From IMG/VR virus record IMGVR_UViG_3300045988_099631, positions 48,492-112,491 of that record: a DNA stretch of 64,000 bases; one strand, 5' to 3'. Every line of letters begins with the position of its first letter. Position 1 is the first letter of the stretch. The notes beneath the pieces are model-generated. The model saw only the letters and a program-made list of their open reading frames with translations, made no database searches and was not told where the DNA came from. A program made the translations under genes and the position numbers. This document shows, in pieces, positions 1 to 8,114 of this stretch. The stretch comes from a virus.

Positions 1-1164
1 GTCAATCCCGACGAAGATCATTCTGTGGCAATGCCTCTGGAAATTGCAGCCCTGACCAGAAAGCTCTTTCTTCGTAGCGAAGATTCGGATTTTTCCGTCG
101 GAGAAATCAATGACGCGCCGTTCGCGCTCGTCATAGTCCATTGTTCCGTAGATCTCTACGGCCTCTGGTATCGCGCGGTGTATCTCATGTCGTTCCGCTT
201 CGAGGTCATGCCAGAGGATAAAGCTTGCCTCCGGATCGCTGTCAACGATCTCCTTCGCCATCTGTACGCGTGCAGTAATTGTCTCGCGCTTTTCCCGCGA
301 TGCCTCCTGAAGGTTCGTGGCAGAATCGTTCATCATCTTCACTTGACCATCCCGGTCCGTGATCTTTCCGAATTCGTCGTGAACAACATGCGTTCTAACT
401 TCGAGTCCAGGAAGTTCATATCCCTCGTCAGAATATCCGAGGTCTGACGGTTTTCCAAGGAACAGCGCCCACGAGCTGACCCACAGCCAGAATTCTTCTT
501 CACGGTGGGGATAAAGGGTCAGGTTGTTGGCCTTTGTGCTGTCCCGCTTGAAGAACCGTGTAAGGGCCTGTCCGGTGTCCATGACTTCGAGATATCCTGC
601 ATAGTGAATGATCTCCTTATACCTGTTCGGAGCCGGTGTGGCCGTTGCGACCATCTTATATTTGACACCCTTGAACTTCTGAAGGAACGTCTGATAGGTC
701 TTGCTTCCGAATGAGCGAAGTACCGATGCTTCGTCAAGGCTCGTCGCCGCGAAGTACGCCGGGTCGATATCCCCGTCCCGGACACGCTCATAGTTGGTAA
801 GCATGATCTCCGCTCCGGCGTTCTCGCGTACCTCCTGCATCGTCCGTACATAAACCGGTTCTTCGTATCCCAGAATATTCACGGCGTCCCGTTTGAACTC
901 CTGCCGCACGCCGAGTGGCAGCACAATCAACGCTGGCCTTCCTTCATGTTTCGCGGCATGATGGCAGAACTCCAGTTCCTGTACAGTTTTACCTAATCCG
1001 AAACTCTCGAAGAGAGCTCTTCTGCCGCCGCGCAGCGCCCAACGTACCGCATCCCTCTGATGCGGCTTCAGCGCCAGATTGATATCTTCCTCTGGAACGG
1101 AAAAGCCGCTCACCGGAGCCGTCTCGATTTTTGATTTCAGAAATTCCAAGTATTTGCTGTTCAT
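1..1164 (-). CDS. SNF2-family (DEAD/DEAH-box) helicase, 5' portion; ORF continues past the left window edge
   Basis: Minus-strand frame is open from ATG 1164-1162 to position 1. It is absent from the ORF track because it has no in-window stop. Own translation: MNSKYLEFLK..HQRDAVRWAL, GLGKTVQ (motif I), SLDEASVL (motif II), ATATPAPN, ..SGQGCNFQRHCHRMIFVGID. Confidence 0.85.
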   Translation of the reverse strand, partial: MNSKYLEFLKSKIETAPVSGFSVPEEDINLALKPHQRDAVRWALRGGRRALFESFGLGKTVQELEFCHHAAKHEGRPALIVLPLGVRQEFKRDAVNILGYEEPVYVRTMQEVRENAGAEIMLTNYERVRDGDIDPAYFAATSLDEASVLRSFGSKTYQTFLQKFKGVKYKMVATATPAPNRYKEIIHYAGYLEVMDTGQALTRFFKRDSTKANNLTLYPHREEEFWLWVSSWALFLGKPSDLGYSDEGYELPGLEVRTHVVHDEFGKITDRDGQVKMMNDSATNLQEASREKRETITARVQMAKEIVDSDPEASFILWHDLEAERHEIHRAIPEAVEIYGTMDYDERERRVIDFSDGKIRIFATKKELSGQGCNFQRHCHRMIFVGID

Positions 1165-1172
1165 CTTATCTC

Positions 1173-1988
1173 CTATACAAACACAGTATCATTCAAGACC
1201 TGCGCATTGTCCGTGATTTTAACTTTCATATCGTCCGTAAGCGTGATAATGACTTCTGCCTTGGACGCTCCAAACGGAAGGAATCCCGATCTATACTCTT
1301 TACAGACCATCCGTTTTCCGTCTTCCATTGTGAACTTATCCCCGCTTGAATCCTTGTACACGCAGTCTGGATTGCACGTTGCGAGTTTTGCGTATCTTCC
1401 GATAAATGTCGGGGACATCTCTGCATACTTCGGGTACTCTCTCACGAAGCGTTCATATTCCAATGGAAACAGTCTTTTGAATTGGTGCAGGAAATTCGGT
1501 ACGGTTTCATCCGCATATCTCGTGATAATATCTCCGCACATATTTCGTGGGTTATAGCCAAGTACGTTGTCCAAATTGTCCGGTGTCAGCATTGGTCTGT
1601 CCACTAGTAAATGTTGATTTGTGAATATCGCCGTTGCTGCGTTCAGTCGTCTTCCGTCCAATTTGAGGTCAACGTAAGGAAGATTCAGATACGCCATATC
1701 TCCAATGCGAATTACATACCAATAGGATGGGTATCTGAGTTTACGATATTCTGGCGAATGCTGCACTGCGTCTGTCACAGTGTCATAGCGTTTGCTCTGT
1801 TTTGTGCCTCCATCCACTTTTTCAACTCTGCCAAGTTCGCACCTGCGGTTAAACGGTATTGTAACGTTCAGGCATTTCCCCTCGTGGTATGCGGAGCATT
1901 CCTGCGCGTGATCGCAGCAAATGTATTCTGCCCGAAGCCGGTTATTTCGTTTTCCTTCTCCGTATAAAGCAACGTTTATGAGCGGCAT
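1173..1988 (-). CDS. hypothetical phage protein (271 aa)
   Basis: Complete ORF in track. Ends 8 nt before the helicase start and abuts the next gene at 1989. No motif recognised. Confidence 0.7.
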   Translation of the reverse strand: MPLINVALYGEGKRNNRLRAEYICCDHAQECSAYHEGKCLNVTIPFNRRCELGRVEKVDGGTKQSKRYDTVTDAVQHSPEYRKLRYPSYWYVIRIGDMAYLNLPYVDLKLDGRRLNAATAIFTNQHLLVDRPMLTPDNLDNVLGYNPRNMCGDIITRYADETVPNFLHQFKRLFPLEYERFVREYPKYAEMSPTFIGRYAKLATCNPDCVYKDSSGDKFTMEDGKRMVCKEYRSGFLPFGASKAEVIITLTDDMKVKITDNAQVLNDTVFV

Positions 1989-2246
1989 TTATTGTCCTCC
2001 TTTCCCAAAAGAGCAGAACCCATCTTCCGGCATATTAAGGCCGGTCGCGTCACGAAAGCCGCACCTAACATATGTCCCACACCACGAAATTTCTGCCCAG
2101 CGGCCATCACAGTCCCTGCAGCGTGTAACCTGTACTGCGTCCACTGCCGGCAGTCGGCTGATCTCAGCAAATGCCGCAGCATAGTCTCCGGATGTCCGGC
2201 GCACGATTTCGAGCGCGTCTTCCTTGTAAATCAGCTGCTTGTCCAT
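1989..2246 (-). CDS. small Cys-rich protein, member of local VDAV..RC..C paralog family
   Basis: ORF in track. Contains LPAVDAVQVTRCRDC, shared with 3339..3698 and 3743..4039. Confidence 0.65.
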   Translation of the reverse strand: MDKQLIYKEDALEIVRRTSGDYAAAFAEISRLPAVDAVQVTRCRDCDGRWAEISWCGTYVRCGFRDATGLNMPEDGFCSFGKGGQ

Positions 2247-2638
2247 CAGGTCTCACCATCCTTGATTTCAGCCAGCCAGAATTCACGTTTGCATTCTTCA
2301 CAGCTAATTGACGGATATCTACAGCCGCCCGTTTTCGTTTTTCTTTTTGCGGAAACGATAAGAGCTGGGCAAATATCAATAAACCCATCTGGGTCAGAGA
2401 TTACTTCTGGGAACAGCTTGAGCAATTCACTCTGTCTCGTTCTGGCCGGGTGCTCTTTTGCCCACTTCTCGACCGCAGCAACACATTCCTCTGCGTTGTT
2501 GGTGAGATCGTTCATATGGCATCCGCGTCCAATATCGTCAAGTGGACAGCCTACACACGGTCTTCCCGTAATGTTGTGCTTAGAGTCAAAAGAATCGCAC
2601 ATTCTCGCATATGCTTTGAAATACGCAACAGCATCCAT
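2246..2638 (-). CDS. hypothetical Cys-rich protein
   Basis: ORF 2246..2686 trimmed to ATG 2638, which is preceded by a GGAGGATGG SD. Confidence 0.6.
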   Translation of the reverse strand: MDAVAYFKAYARMCDSFDSKHNITGRPCVGCPLDDIGRGCHMNDLTNNAEECVAAVEKWAKEHPARTRQSELLKLFPEVISDPDGFIDICPALIVSAKRKTKTGGCRYPSISCEECKREFWLAEIKDGET

Positions 2639-2649
2639 TTTCCATCCTC

Positions 2650-3084
2650 CTACATCCAGACCATATCGCATTTGTTGTCCACGCAATCCTGCAGGATTGC
2701 CTTGAAGTCTCGGAACATTGCGCAGTCGCTCCGGCCGGCATAGCCGTAGCAGATGTTGTCATCGTAGTCCCCGATGACCTTCAGAATTTCCTTGCAGGCT
2801 CCGTACCGGATTTTCCCATCACAGGCTCTTTCAAGCAGGAAATTCACAACTTTCACCGGAAGGTCTTTTTCACGGACCATCCTGATTGCTTCCGTGTCCC
2901 AATCTTTCCAAAACTTCTCTTCCACTTCCGGTTGCATGATGATCGGCGCGTTACAAAGCTTCTCGTAGTGACTGTAAAACGGCTCTCCCATGAGTTGAGC
3001 CACCTTCCGCCGCAGATTCATGAATCCGCCGCATCCAAGGTCGATTTCCCGACCGGTTTTCTTGCATTTAATCGTTACGCCCAT
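2650..3084 (-). CDS. hypothetical protein
   Basis: ORF 2650..3129 has in-frame ATGs at 3129, 3105 and 3084. The start is uncertain. Confidence 0.55.
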   Translation of the reverse strand: MGVTIKCKKTGREIDLGCGGFMNLRRKVAQLMGEPFYSHYEKLCNAPIIMQPEVEEKFWKDWDTEAIRMVREKDLPVKVVNFLLERACDGKIRYGACKEILKVIGDYDDNICYGYAGRSDCAMFRDFKAILQDCVDNKCDMVWM

Positions 3085-3349
3085 TTTCTTCCCATCCTTC
3101 TCCATTTCCGCTGATTTCAACTGTTCCATCCGCGTTTACAAAAGTGTTGCTGGCGTTCCATGTCACATGGCATGAACCGCAGTATGCTGTTATAATCCCA
3201 ATTCCTTCTTCTTCCGCCCGCCTTCCACGCTTCGCCATTTTCCCATTTTTCAAAATCGGGTATTCGCGCGCATATGTATAAAAGCTGGAAAGAGTCATCC
3301 GTCCGCCGCAGTGCGGGCATTTATTTGCCAAGACCCATTCACCGTTCAT
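3068..3349 (-). CDS. zinc-ribbon protein
   Basis: ORF in track with CPHCGG ... CGSCH Cys pairs. Confidence 0.6.
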   Translation of the reverse strand: MNGEWVLANKCPHCGGRMTLSSFYTYAREYPILKNGKMAKRGRRAEEEGIGIITAYCGSCHVTWNASNTFVNADGTVEISGNGEGWEENGRND

Positions 3350-3698
3350 CGCTTACCTCCTTTGGCTTCCCGTAGTTGCAGAACCCGTCTGGCACTGGAT
3401 CATCTAGGCCGTGCCTGTTCGTGCAGTACGGGTCATTCTCGTTGTTCTGACGGAAATCTTTACAGTTTTTGCAACGCGTTACCACGACAGCATCCACCGT
3501 TGGAGCATTCTCCAAGATACCCCGTAACCCGTGATAAAACTGCTTTGCACGGGAGAACAGTTCCATGCAGTGGATATAGACGGACAAATCATCATCTATG
3601 CTCATGTGTTTCTTCAATTCTGGGATTGTCGAGCGGTACATTTTCTCCATGATTTCTCGCTGTTCTTTGATAATCGCATCAGCGTCGGTCAATCGCAT
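3339..3698 (-). CDS. small Cys-rich protein, MRL(T/I)DAD..VDAVVVTRC paralog
   Basis: ORF 3339..3773 trimmed to ATG 3698 after an AAAGGAGG SD. Begins MRLTDADAI and contains APTVDAVVVTRCKNC. Confidence 0.65.
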   Translation of the reverse strand: MRLTDADAIIKEQREIMEKMYRSTIPELKKHMSIDDDLSVYIHCMELFSRAKQFYHGLRGILENAPTVDAVVVTRCKNCKDFRQNNENDPYCTNRHGLDDPVPDGFCNYGKPKEVSDER

Positions 3699-3742
3699 TT
3701 GTTGTCCTCCTTTCATGCTTCCGCGTGCGAAACGCAAGCCTT

Positions 3743-4039
3743 TCATACTATCCGTTTCGCGCAATACGGGCAAAACTTATATTCTGCCGCTTCGATGCAA
3801 TCCATAAATGCACCGCAGGCTGTGCAGCATCCTTCAATGATCTGCGTGGTTTCCGCTTCCAATGCAAGATGGTCAACCCTCCGTTCTCCGTACTTGCAGT
3901 TCTTGCGCCGCGTCACGACCACGGCATCAACGGTGGGTGCGTAATCAAGCACGTCGTTGACACGCTCGAAATCTTCTTCCGTATCAAACATATCTCGGGT
4001 GTATGTCCGCTTCGCATCGTCCGCATCAATCAGGCGCAT
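3743..4039 (-). CDS. small Cys-rich protein, MRLIDAD..VDAVVVTR paralog
   Basis: ORF 3743..4057 trimmed to ATG 4039 after a GGAGGTG SD. Contains APTVDAVVVTRRKNC and C-terminal CxxC pairs. Confidence 0.65.
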   Translation of the reverse strand: MRLIDADDAKRTYTRDMFDTEEDFERVNDVLDYAPTVDAVVVTRRKNCKYGERRVDHLALEAETTQIIEGCCTACGAFMDCIEAAEYKFCPYCAKRIV

Positions 4040-4190
4040 TTCCGTCACCTCCACCATCTGACTTCTTGGTGCTGCTGGAATGGATCATCGTGAATATCGA
4101 AAAAAGCGCGATCCACCAATGACCAAATCGTTCAGCCAGCCAGCACCAGGCCATAATATTGATGATGTTGTAAGTGATGCAAGCTATCAT
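4023..4190 (-). CDS. small hydrophobic protein (55 aa)
   Basis: Below the ORF-track cutoff. ATG 4190 overlaps the upstream stop (ATGA). Own translation: MIACITYNIINIMAWCWLAERFGHWWIALFSIF... Confidence 0.4.
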
Positions 4191-4501
4191 TCGTTCCCTC
4201 CATCCTCCATTTTCGCACCGCAGCTGGGGCAGTATTTCGGCAGCAAATCCGGGTTATCCGTGCCGTCGTCGATGCAGTATCCGCATTGAGAGCAATACCA
4301 CACATCAAGCACAATCTCGCCGTCTGCGTATCCGTCTCCCTCACCTTCCTACTGCCCCTGTACCACCTCCGCAACGTTGGCGGCGGGCTGACGCAGCAGG
4401 AGCGTTTTCACCCGCTGAGGTGTCCAGTTCGGATTTTCCGCGTTGCAGGATTCAAAGTCTTCCAGCGCCTCGGTTCTGCTGATAAATTCTTCAGTCATCA
4501 T
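4187..4501 (-). pseudogene. paralog of 4491..4793 interrupted by an in-frame TAG (4351-4349)
   Basis: Own translation: MMTEEFISRTEALEDFESCNAENPNWTPQRVKTLLLRQPAANVAEVVQGQ*EGEGDGYADGEIVLDVWYCSQCGYCIDDGTDNPDLLPKYCPSCGAKMEDGGNE. GAGGAG SD upstream. The stop aligns with the Trp of VVYGTWMEEDG in the neighbouring paralog. Confidence 0.6.
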
Positions 4502-4793
4502 GCAATCTCCTCATTTTTGCTCCGCAATCCTCACAGTAAGATGCACGGTAGTCATCCCATTCGTGTTCTTCACCGCAATTTGAGCAGATCTGCATGCCGT
4601 CTTCTTCCATCCATGTGCCGTACACAACCGGTGCTGCATCAACAGCAGGGATGGCTTCTATTGCCTCCATTGCGAGGTCGATTGCGCCACTGTGATAGCC
4701 AAGCACAGATCCTTTTTCGGTTGAAAACCGACGAATCGCGTCCAGTGCTTCTGAGCGACGGATATATTCTTCAGTCACAGCGTTTCCCATCAT
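4491..4793 (-). CDS. small zinc-ribbon protein (TEEYIRRSEAL...CxxC...CxxCGAKM)
   Basis: ORF 4491..4838 trimmed to ATG 4793 after a GGAAGGAG SD. Confidence 0.65.
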   Translation of the reverse strand: MMGNAVTEEYIRRSEALDAIRRFSTEKGSVLGYHSGAIDLAMEAIEAIPAVDAAPVVYGTWMEEDGMQICSNCGEEHEWDDYRASYCEDCGAKMRRLHDD

Positions 4794-5037
4794 CGAACTC
4801 CTTCCAAGCGTGATACAGTGCCCATGCCAGTGGGTCACGGATGAACGGCAGCTTTTTCGCTTCCGCGTATTTCTTATCGAGAATGCTCATGGCCTTCTTC
4901 CACGCGCGATCTCCAACGTGCAGCTCTGTTGGAAAGTAGACTCCCTCAAGTCTGTTGATTTTTGCGGCAGTCAGTATCAATATTCCGTTCTCGTCAAGAA
5001 GGTCTAGCAGATCCTGATTTTTGATGTAATACACCAT
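4771..5037 (-). CDS. hypothetical protein
   Basis: ORF 4771..5097 trimmed to ATG 5037 after a GAGGGGGA SD. Confidence 0.6.
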   Translation of the reverse strand: MVYYIKNQDLLDLLDENGILILTAAKINRLEGVYFPTELHVGDRAWKKAMSILDKKYAEAKKLPFIRDPLAWALYHAWKEFDDGKRCD

Positions 5038-5138
5038 TTCAAAGTTTCCCCCTCTGGCACGCCGAACATCTCTATGATTTTTTTCATGACCTTCCATCCA
5101 TTTCCTGCAGCGCTCGCGCCGCTTCGCGGCTGATATAA

Positions 5139-5339
5139 TCAGTCATAATCCATATACTCCCTTCCGATTCTGTTTTGCATTTCATACGGCAATGCAAGAA
5201 GCGGTGTGCATCTACTCAGGATTTCCGCTCTCAAGAGCTGCTCCGCCTGCCTCTTGGTCAGCTGCGGCTCTCGCTTCTTCGGCGGCAGCTCACCTTTTGC
5301 CGCCGCAATAGCGGTCGGGTTGTGCTTATGTTGCCCCAT
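5139..5339 (-). CDS. hypothetical protein
   Basis: ORF 5139..5417 trimmed to ATG 5339 (MGQHKHNP...), which overlaps the end of the upstream gene. Confidence 0.5.
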   Translation of the reverse strand: MGQHKHNPTAIAAAKGELPPKKREPQLTKRQAEQLLRAEILSRCTPLLALPYEMQNRIGREYMDYD

Positions 5340-5559
5340 CGTCCCGCACCTCCACGCCAGCCTCGTCCAGCAGGTCAGAAAGATCGGTGTCCACGCTGCT
5401 GCCAATAAACTCGCCATTTTCGTCGTAGTGGTTGTACTCCGTGGTCGGCCGGGATTCTATCCCTGCAAACTCTTTTAAAAGCCTCAGATATTCGTCGTTA
5501 TCGAAGAGCTGAGCCTGATAGAGTTGTCTCAACTGCGCTTCGGTTATGTGCTTAGCCAT
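5326..5559 (-). CDS. hypothetical acidic protein
   Basis: ORF in track. Its ATG overlaps the stop region of the upstream small ORF. Confidence 0.6.
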   Translation of the reverse strand: MAKHITEAQLRQLYQAQLFDNDEYLRLLKEFAGIESRPTTEYNHYDENGEFIGSSVDTDLSDLLDEAGVEVRDDGAT

Positions 5560-5704
5560 CCTTCTTGCCCTCCTTTATCCACGTTGGCTTGTTCTCCGTC
5601 GATGTTGCCAGTGTATACGTTTTCTGGGCTGGGCACTCACTGCAAGCCCCAGCGCAGCACTTCCAGTCTCCACCGCAAGGGCGAATCTCCATAGTTCCCG
5701 TCAT
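5552..5704 (-). CDS. small Cys-rich protein (50 aa)
   Basis: Below the ORF-track cutoff. ATG 5704 overlaps the HNH stop (ATGA). Own translation: MTGTMEIRPCGGDWKCCAGACSECPAQKTY... Confidence 0.45.
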   Translation of the reverse strand: MTGTMEIRPCGGDWKCCAGACSECPAQKTYTLATSTENKPTWIKEGKKDG

Positions 5705-6054
5705 GCCTTGTCCTCCATCTCAAAGTAAAACGTGATCGGTTTCTCTTGCTCAATGACATTCCCATAAACGACCCCTACTTTGTAGATGTAGTTTTCTCGG
5801 AGCTTTCTGGGAATTTCCGCGATATAGCGCCGGAACGTTTCCAGAGAATTTGCCCGCTTGTAGTTGTTGCACATTCGGCATGACGGCATAAGGTTGGAAA
5901 TATCGTCCGTCCCTGCGTCTTCGGCGTTCCATGCACGTTGCGGCTTGAAATGATCGACTTGCATATCCTTGATGTCGATAGCCCGTCCACAATAGGCACA
6001 GTGGCCGTCATACTTCGCATAGACCGCTTCCCGTTTTTTCTTACTGAAACTCAT
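5701..6054 (-). CDS. HNH endonuclease
   Basis: Contains CAYCGR..VDHFKP..N..PSCRMCNNYK, the HNH/zinc-finger signature. Confidence 0.85.
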   Translation of the reverse strand: MSFSKKKREAVYAKYDGHCAYCGRAIDIKDMQVDHFKPQRAWNAEDAGTDDISNLMPSCRMCNNYKRANSLETFRRYIAEIPRKLRENYIYKVGVVYGNVIEQEKPITFYFEMEDKA

Positions 6055-6356
6055 ACTCCGTCCACTCCTTCAAAATACCGTGTCCGTTCTTCCTGCGTAG
6101 GCCAGTCTGGGTCGAAGCCACGCTTGCGGCGGTTCCGTTTCCATCCACTGTAAATCTTCGCATCGCGCCCGTCGATGCTGTACCCAACGCCGCGTTCTGC
6201 CCGGTTGTGAACCAGAAGTGGTCGCGGATAATTCGGATTTCGTGCCCTCAGAACCTCGTACTCGCCGACAGGTTCTTCGAGTTTCCAGCCACTTTGCTTC
6301 AAGTATGCTCTGAGGTCGGACAGCATCCCGTGTTTGACCGTCAATCTGTTCTTCAT
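6051..6356 (-). CDS. hypothetical protein
   Basis: ORF in track with a 4-nt overlap to the HNH gene. Confidence 0.65.
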   Translation of the reverse strand: MKNRLTVKHGMLSDLRAYLKQSGWKLEEPVGEYEVLRARNPNYPRPLLVHNRAERGVGYSIDGRDAKIYSGWKRNRRKRGFDPDWPTQEERTRYFEGVDGV

Positions 6357-6359
6357 CTG

Positions 6360-6842
6360 CTACTCCATTTCCTGCAAAGCCTTCTCGGCTTCGGCGCGGG
6401 TCAGAAACACCGTCTTACCGATATTACTGATTCGCTCATAATCTCCGCCGTCTTCGCCTTCCAATGCCAAATAAATTGCAACCTCCATAACGTGCAGAGG
6501 AATTACAGGGGCTGATTCTGCAGCATAAAGAACATCACCCACTTTGCACGGCAGCACGACCACGCGCCCGTCCTTGTCGGCCTCGGCAAGCTCGCGGAGG
6601 CGGTCAAACCCGCCGCACAACTCGGCAATGTCCTCGTAGGCTTTCAGCCGTCCGTACAGATCGCGGGCCATCTTGCGGAAAATATCCTTGCCAAAGCCGT
6701 TGCTCGTTGGGCCGTTGATCAGAACGTTGAGCGTGCTGTCCCGGCTCTGCTTCCAGTCGATTTCCTTGCCGCCGATCGCGGCGTGCAGAAATCGGTCAGT
6801 GTCCTGGTCAATGTTGAGATTGGGTCTTGTCAGTCGTTCCAT
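6360..6842 (-). CDS. hypothetical protein
   Basis: ORF in track, packed within the operon. Confidence 0.65.
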   Translation of the reverse strand: MERLTRPNLNIDQDTDRFLHAAIGGKEIDWKQSRDSTLNVLINGPTSNGFGKDIFRKMARDLYGRLKAYEDIAELCGGFDRLRELAEADKDGRVVVLPCKVGDVLYAAESAPVIPLHVMEVAIYLALEGEDGGDYERISNIGKTVFLTRAEAEKALQEME

Positions 6843-7387
6843 AGTTCTTCCTCCACATACCGCCAGCTCTGCGGCGGGCGGGTGATTGGCTTGGGTTTTG
6901 CCTTGAGCGCTACCTCTACCTCATTTGGCACAGCGTAAAATTCCCGCAGTTCGCGCGGGGTGTCGTAAATCTTGAGATTGGAGATGTGCCAGCCGAAGCC
7001 GGTGGCAGCTCCGAGATACTGGTGCAGCTCCGCAGGCTCTAGGCAGGTTGGCCGCGCAGCATCCGACGGTATCCTTCCCGCGCCGTTAATGTTGATGATC
7101 TGATCGCACAGAAATTCCCCGATAACCTTTTGCCGCTTATCCCATAAGCCAGTGGTCGGCGCTTTTTCCGTCTTTATGAAAACCGGCTTGCCGTGATACG
7201 TTTCTCCATAATTCTCATCGCCGTCTTTCATAATGGTGAGTAGCTTTTCCTCCGGTTTTGTGCAGTAGATATAGCACTTAAACGGCGTATCCATCTTCGG
7301 GCGCGTCTTGCGCACCTCGATCGTTTTCTCTCCGCTTATGATCTTCTCGCACCACCTTGGTCTGATGCTGATTAAAACAGCTATCAT
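6830..7387 (-). CDS. ASCH (PUA-like) domain protein
   Basis: The N-terminus ISIRPRWCEKIISGEKTIEVRKTRP is typical of ASCH domains. Confidence 0.7.
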   Translation of the reverse strand: MIAVLISIRPRWCEKIISGEKTIEVRKTRPKMDTPFKCYIYCTKPEEKLLTIMKDGDENYGETYHGKPVFIKTEKAPTTGLWDKRQKVIGEFLCDQIININGAGRIPSDAARPTCLEPAELHQYLGAATGFGWHISNLKIYDTPRELREFYAVPNEVEVALKAKPKPITRPPQSWRYVEEELWND

Positions 7388-7791
7388 GCCTTGTCTCCTT
7401 TCTCCGGTGCTCCCGGCAGCGGCATCCAGTGAGTAATCAAGTTCTGCGGTGCCTCCCAGTTATTGCACGTTCATCCGTCGCTTGGAAAGTATCTGGCCAT
7501 ATCTACAATCGAGCCGCCCGCGTCCCGAAAAGCAACGAGATATTTGCTGAGACGGTCTATTGGCAGCCTGTCCTCCACGCTGATCCACTGCGGCACCTTC
7601 TCCCGCAGCGCCGCGTTCTCGGCGGTCAGGCGCTCGATCATGGTGATAGCTTCATCCGCCAGCCGCTCCGTGCAACGCACATACTTCATTTGTGGGCAAA
7701 GCCCGCAACCCTTCTCTATATGCGTCGCGCAGATACGCAGTACCTGTATAATTTCCTCGTCTGTCATAGCGCGTTCTCCAATCCTTTCCAC
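7384..7791 (-). pseudogene. DUF551-type protein interrupted by an in-frame TGA (7473-7471)
   Basis: ORF 7471..7791 ends ..ARYFPSDG*. The same frame continues TCNNWEAPQNLITHWMPLPGAPEKGDKA* to 7384. There its stop overlaps the ASCH start (ATGA). The WISVEDRLP...THWMPLP signature is split by the stop. Confidence 0.6.
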
Positions 7792-8114
7792 TCAAATTTC
7801 GGGTGCGATAAGCAGTTTGAGCAAGGGCAAACTCTGTATTGATAACAGTCATCGCAGGTGTTCTCGGTACACCGAGCATCGAAACAATACGAATCATTTT
7901 TGCAGATCTCACACAGTTTTCTGGAATTTGCAGCTTCGAGCAAAGCATTCCTTTCCTTTTCCAGCCGCTCAATCAGATCTGCGGCACCAACCATCATGTC
8001 GCCCATACAATCCTCGCTATCCTCGCTGTCAAACAATGGGCATTCCGCACAAGTTTGTGCGTCTGTTCTGCGGGAGCATATCCGCAGAGCCCGTATAATT
8101 TCCCTGTCTGTCAT
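7764..8114 (-). CDS. Cys-rich protein, N-terminal paralog of 7384..7791 (MTD.EII.ALRIC)
   Basis: ORF in track with a shared N-terminal motif. Confidence 0.6.
   Translation of the reverse strand: MTDREIIRALRICSRRTDAQTCAECPLFDSEDSEDCMGDMMVGAADLIERLEKERNALLEAANSRKLCEICKNDSYCFDARCTENTCDDCYQYRVCPCSNCLSHPKFEWKGLENAL

Noticed and set aside
4187-7791. Stop-codon reassignment (TAG or TGA read as sense) as an explanation for the two in-frame stops
   Set aside because: All long late genes (1675, 1249, 987, 594 and 515 codons) and nearly all early genes are uninterrupted under the standard code. Only two events occur, both in redundant paralog families and both one transition away from TGG. I found no tRNA with a CUA or UCA anticodon among the foldable tRNAs. 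Pseudogenisation or sequence error is more parsimonious. I kept both as findings because the aberrant tRNA-like elements remain unassigned.
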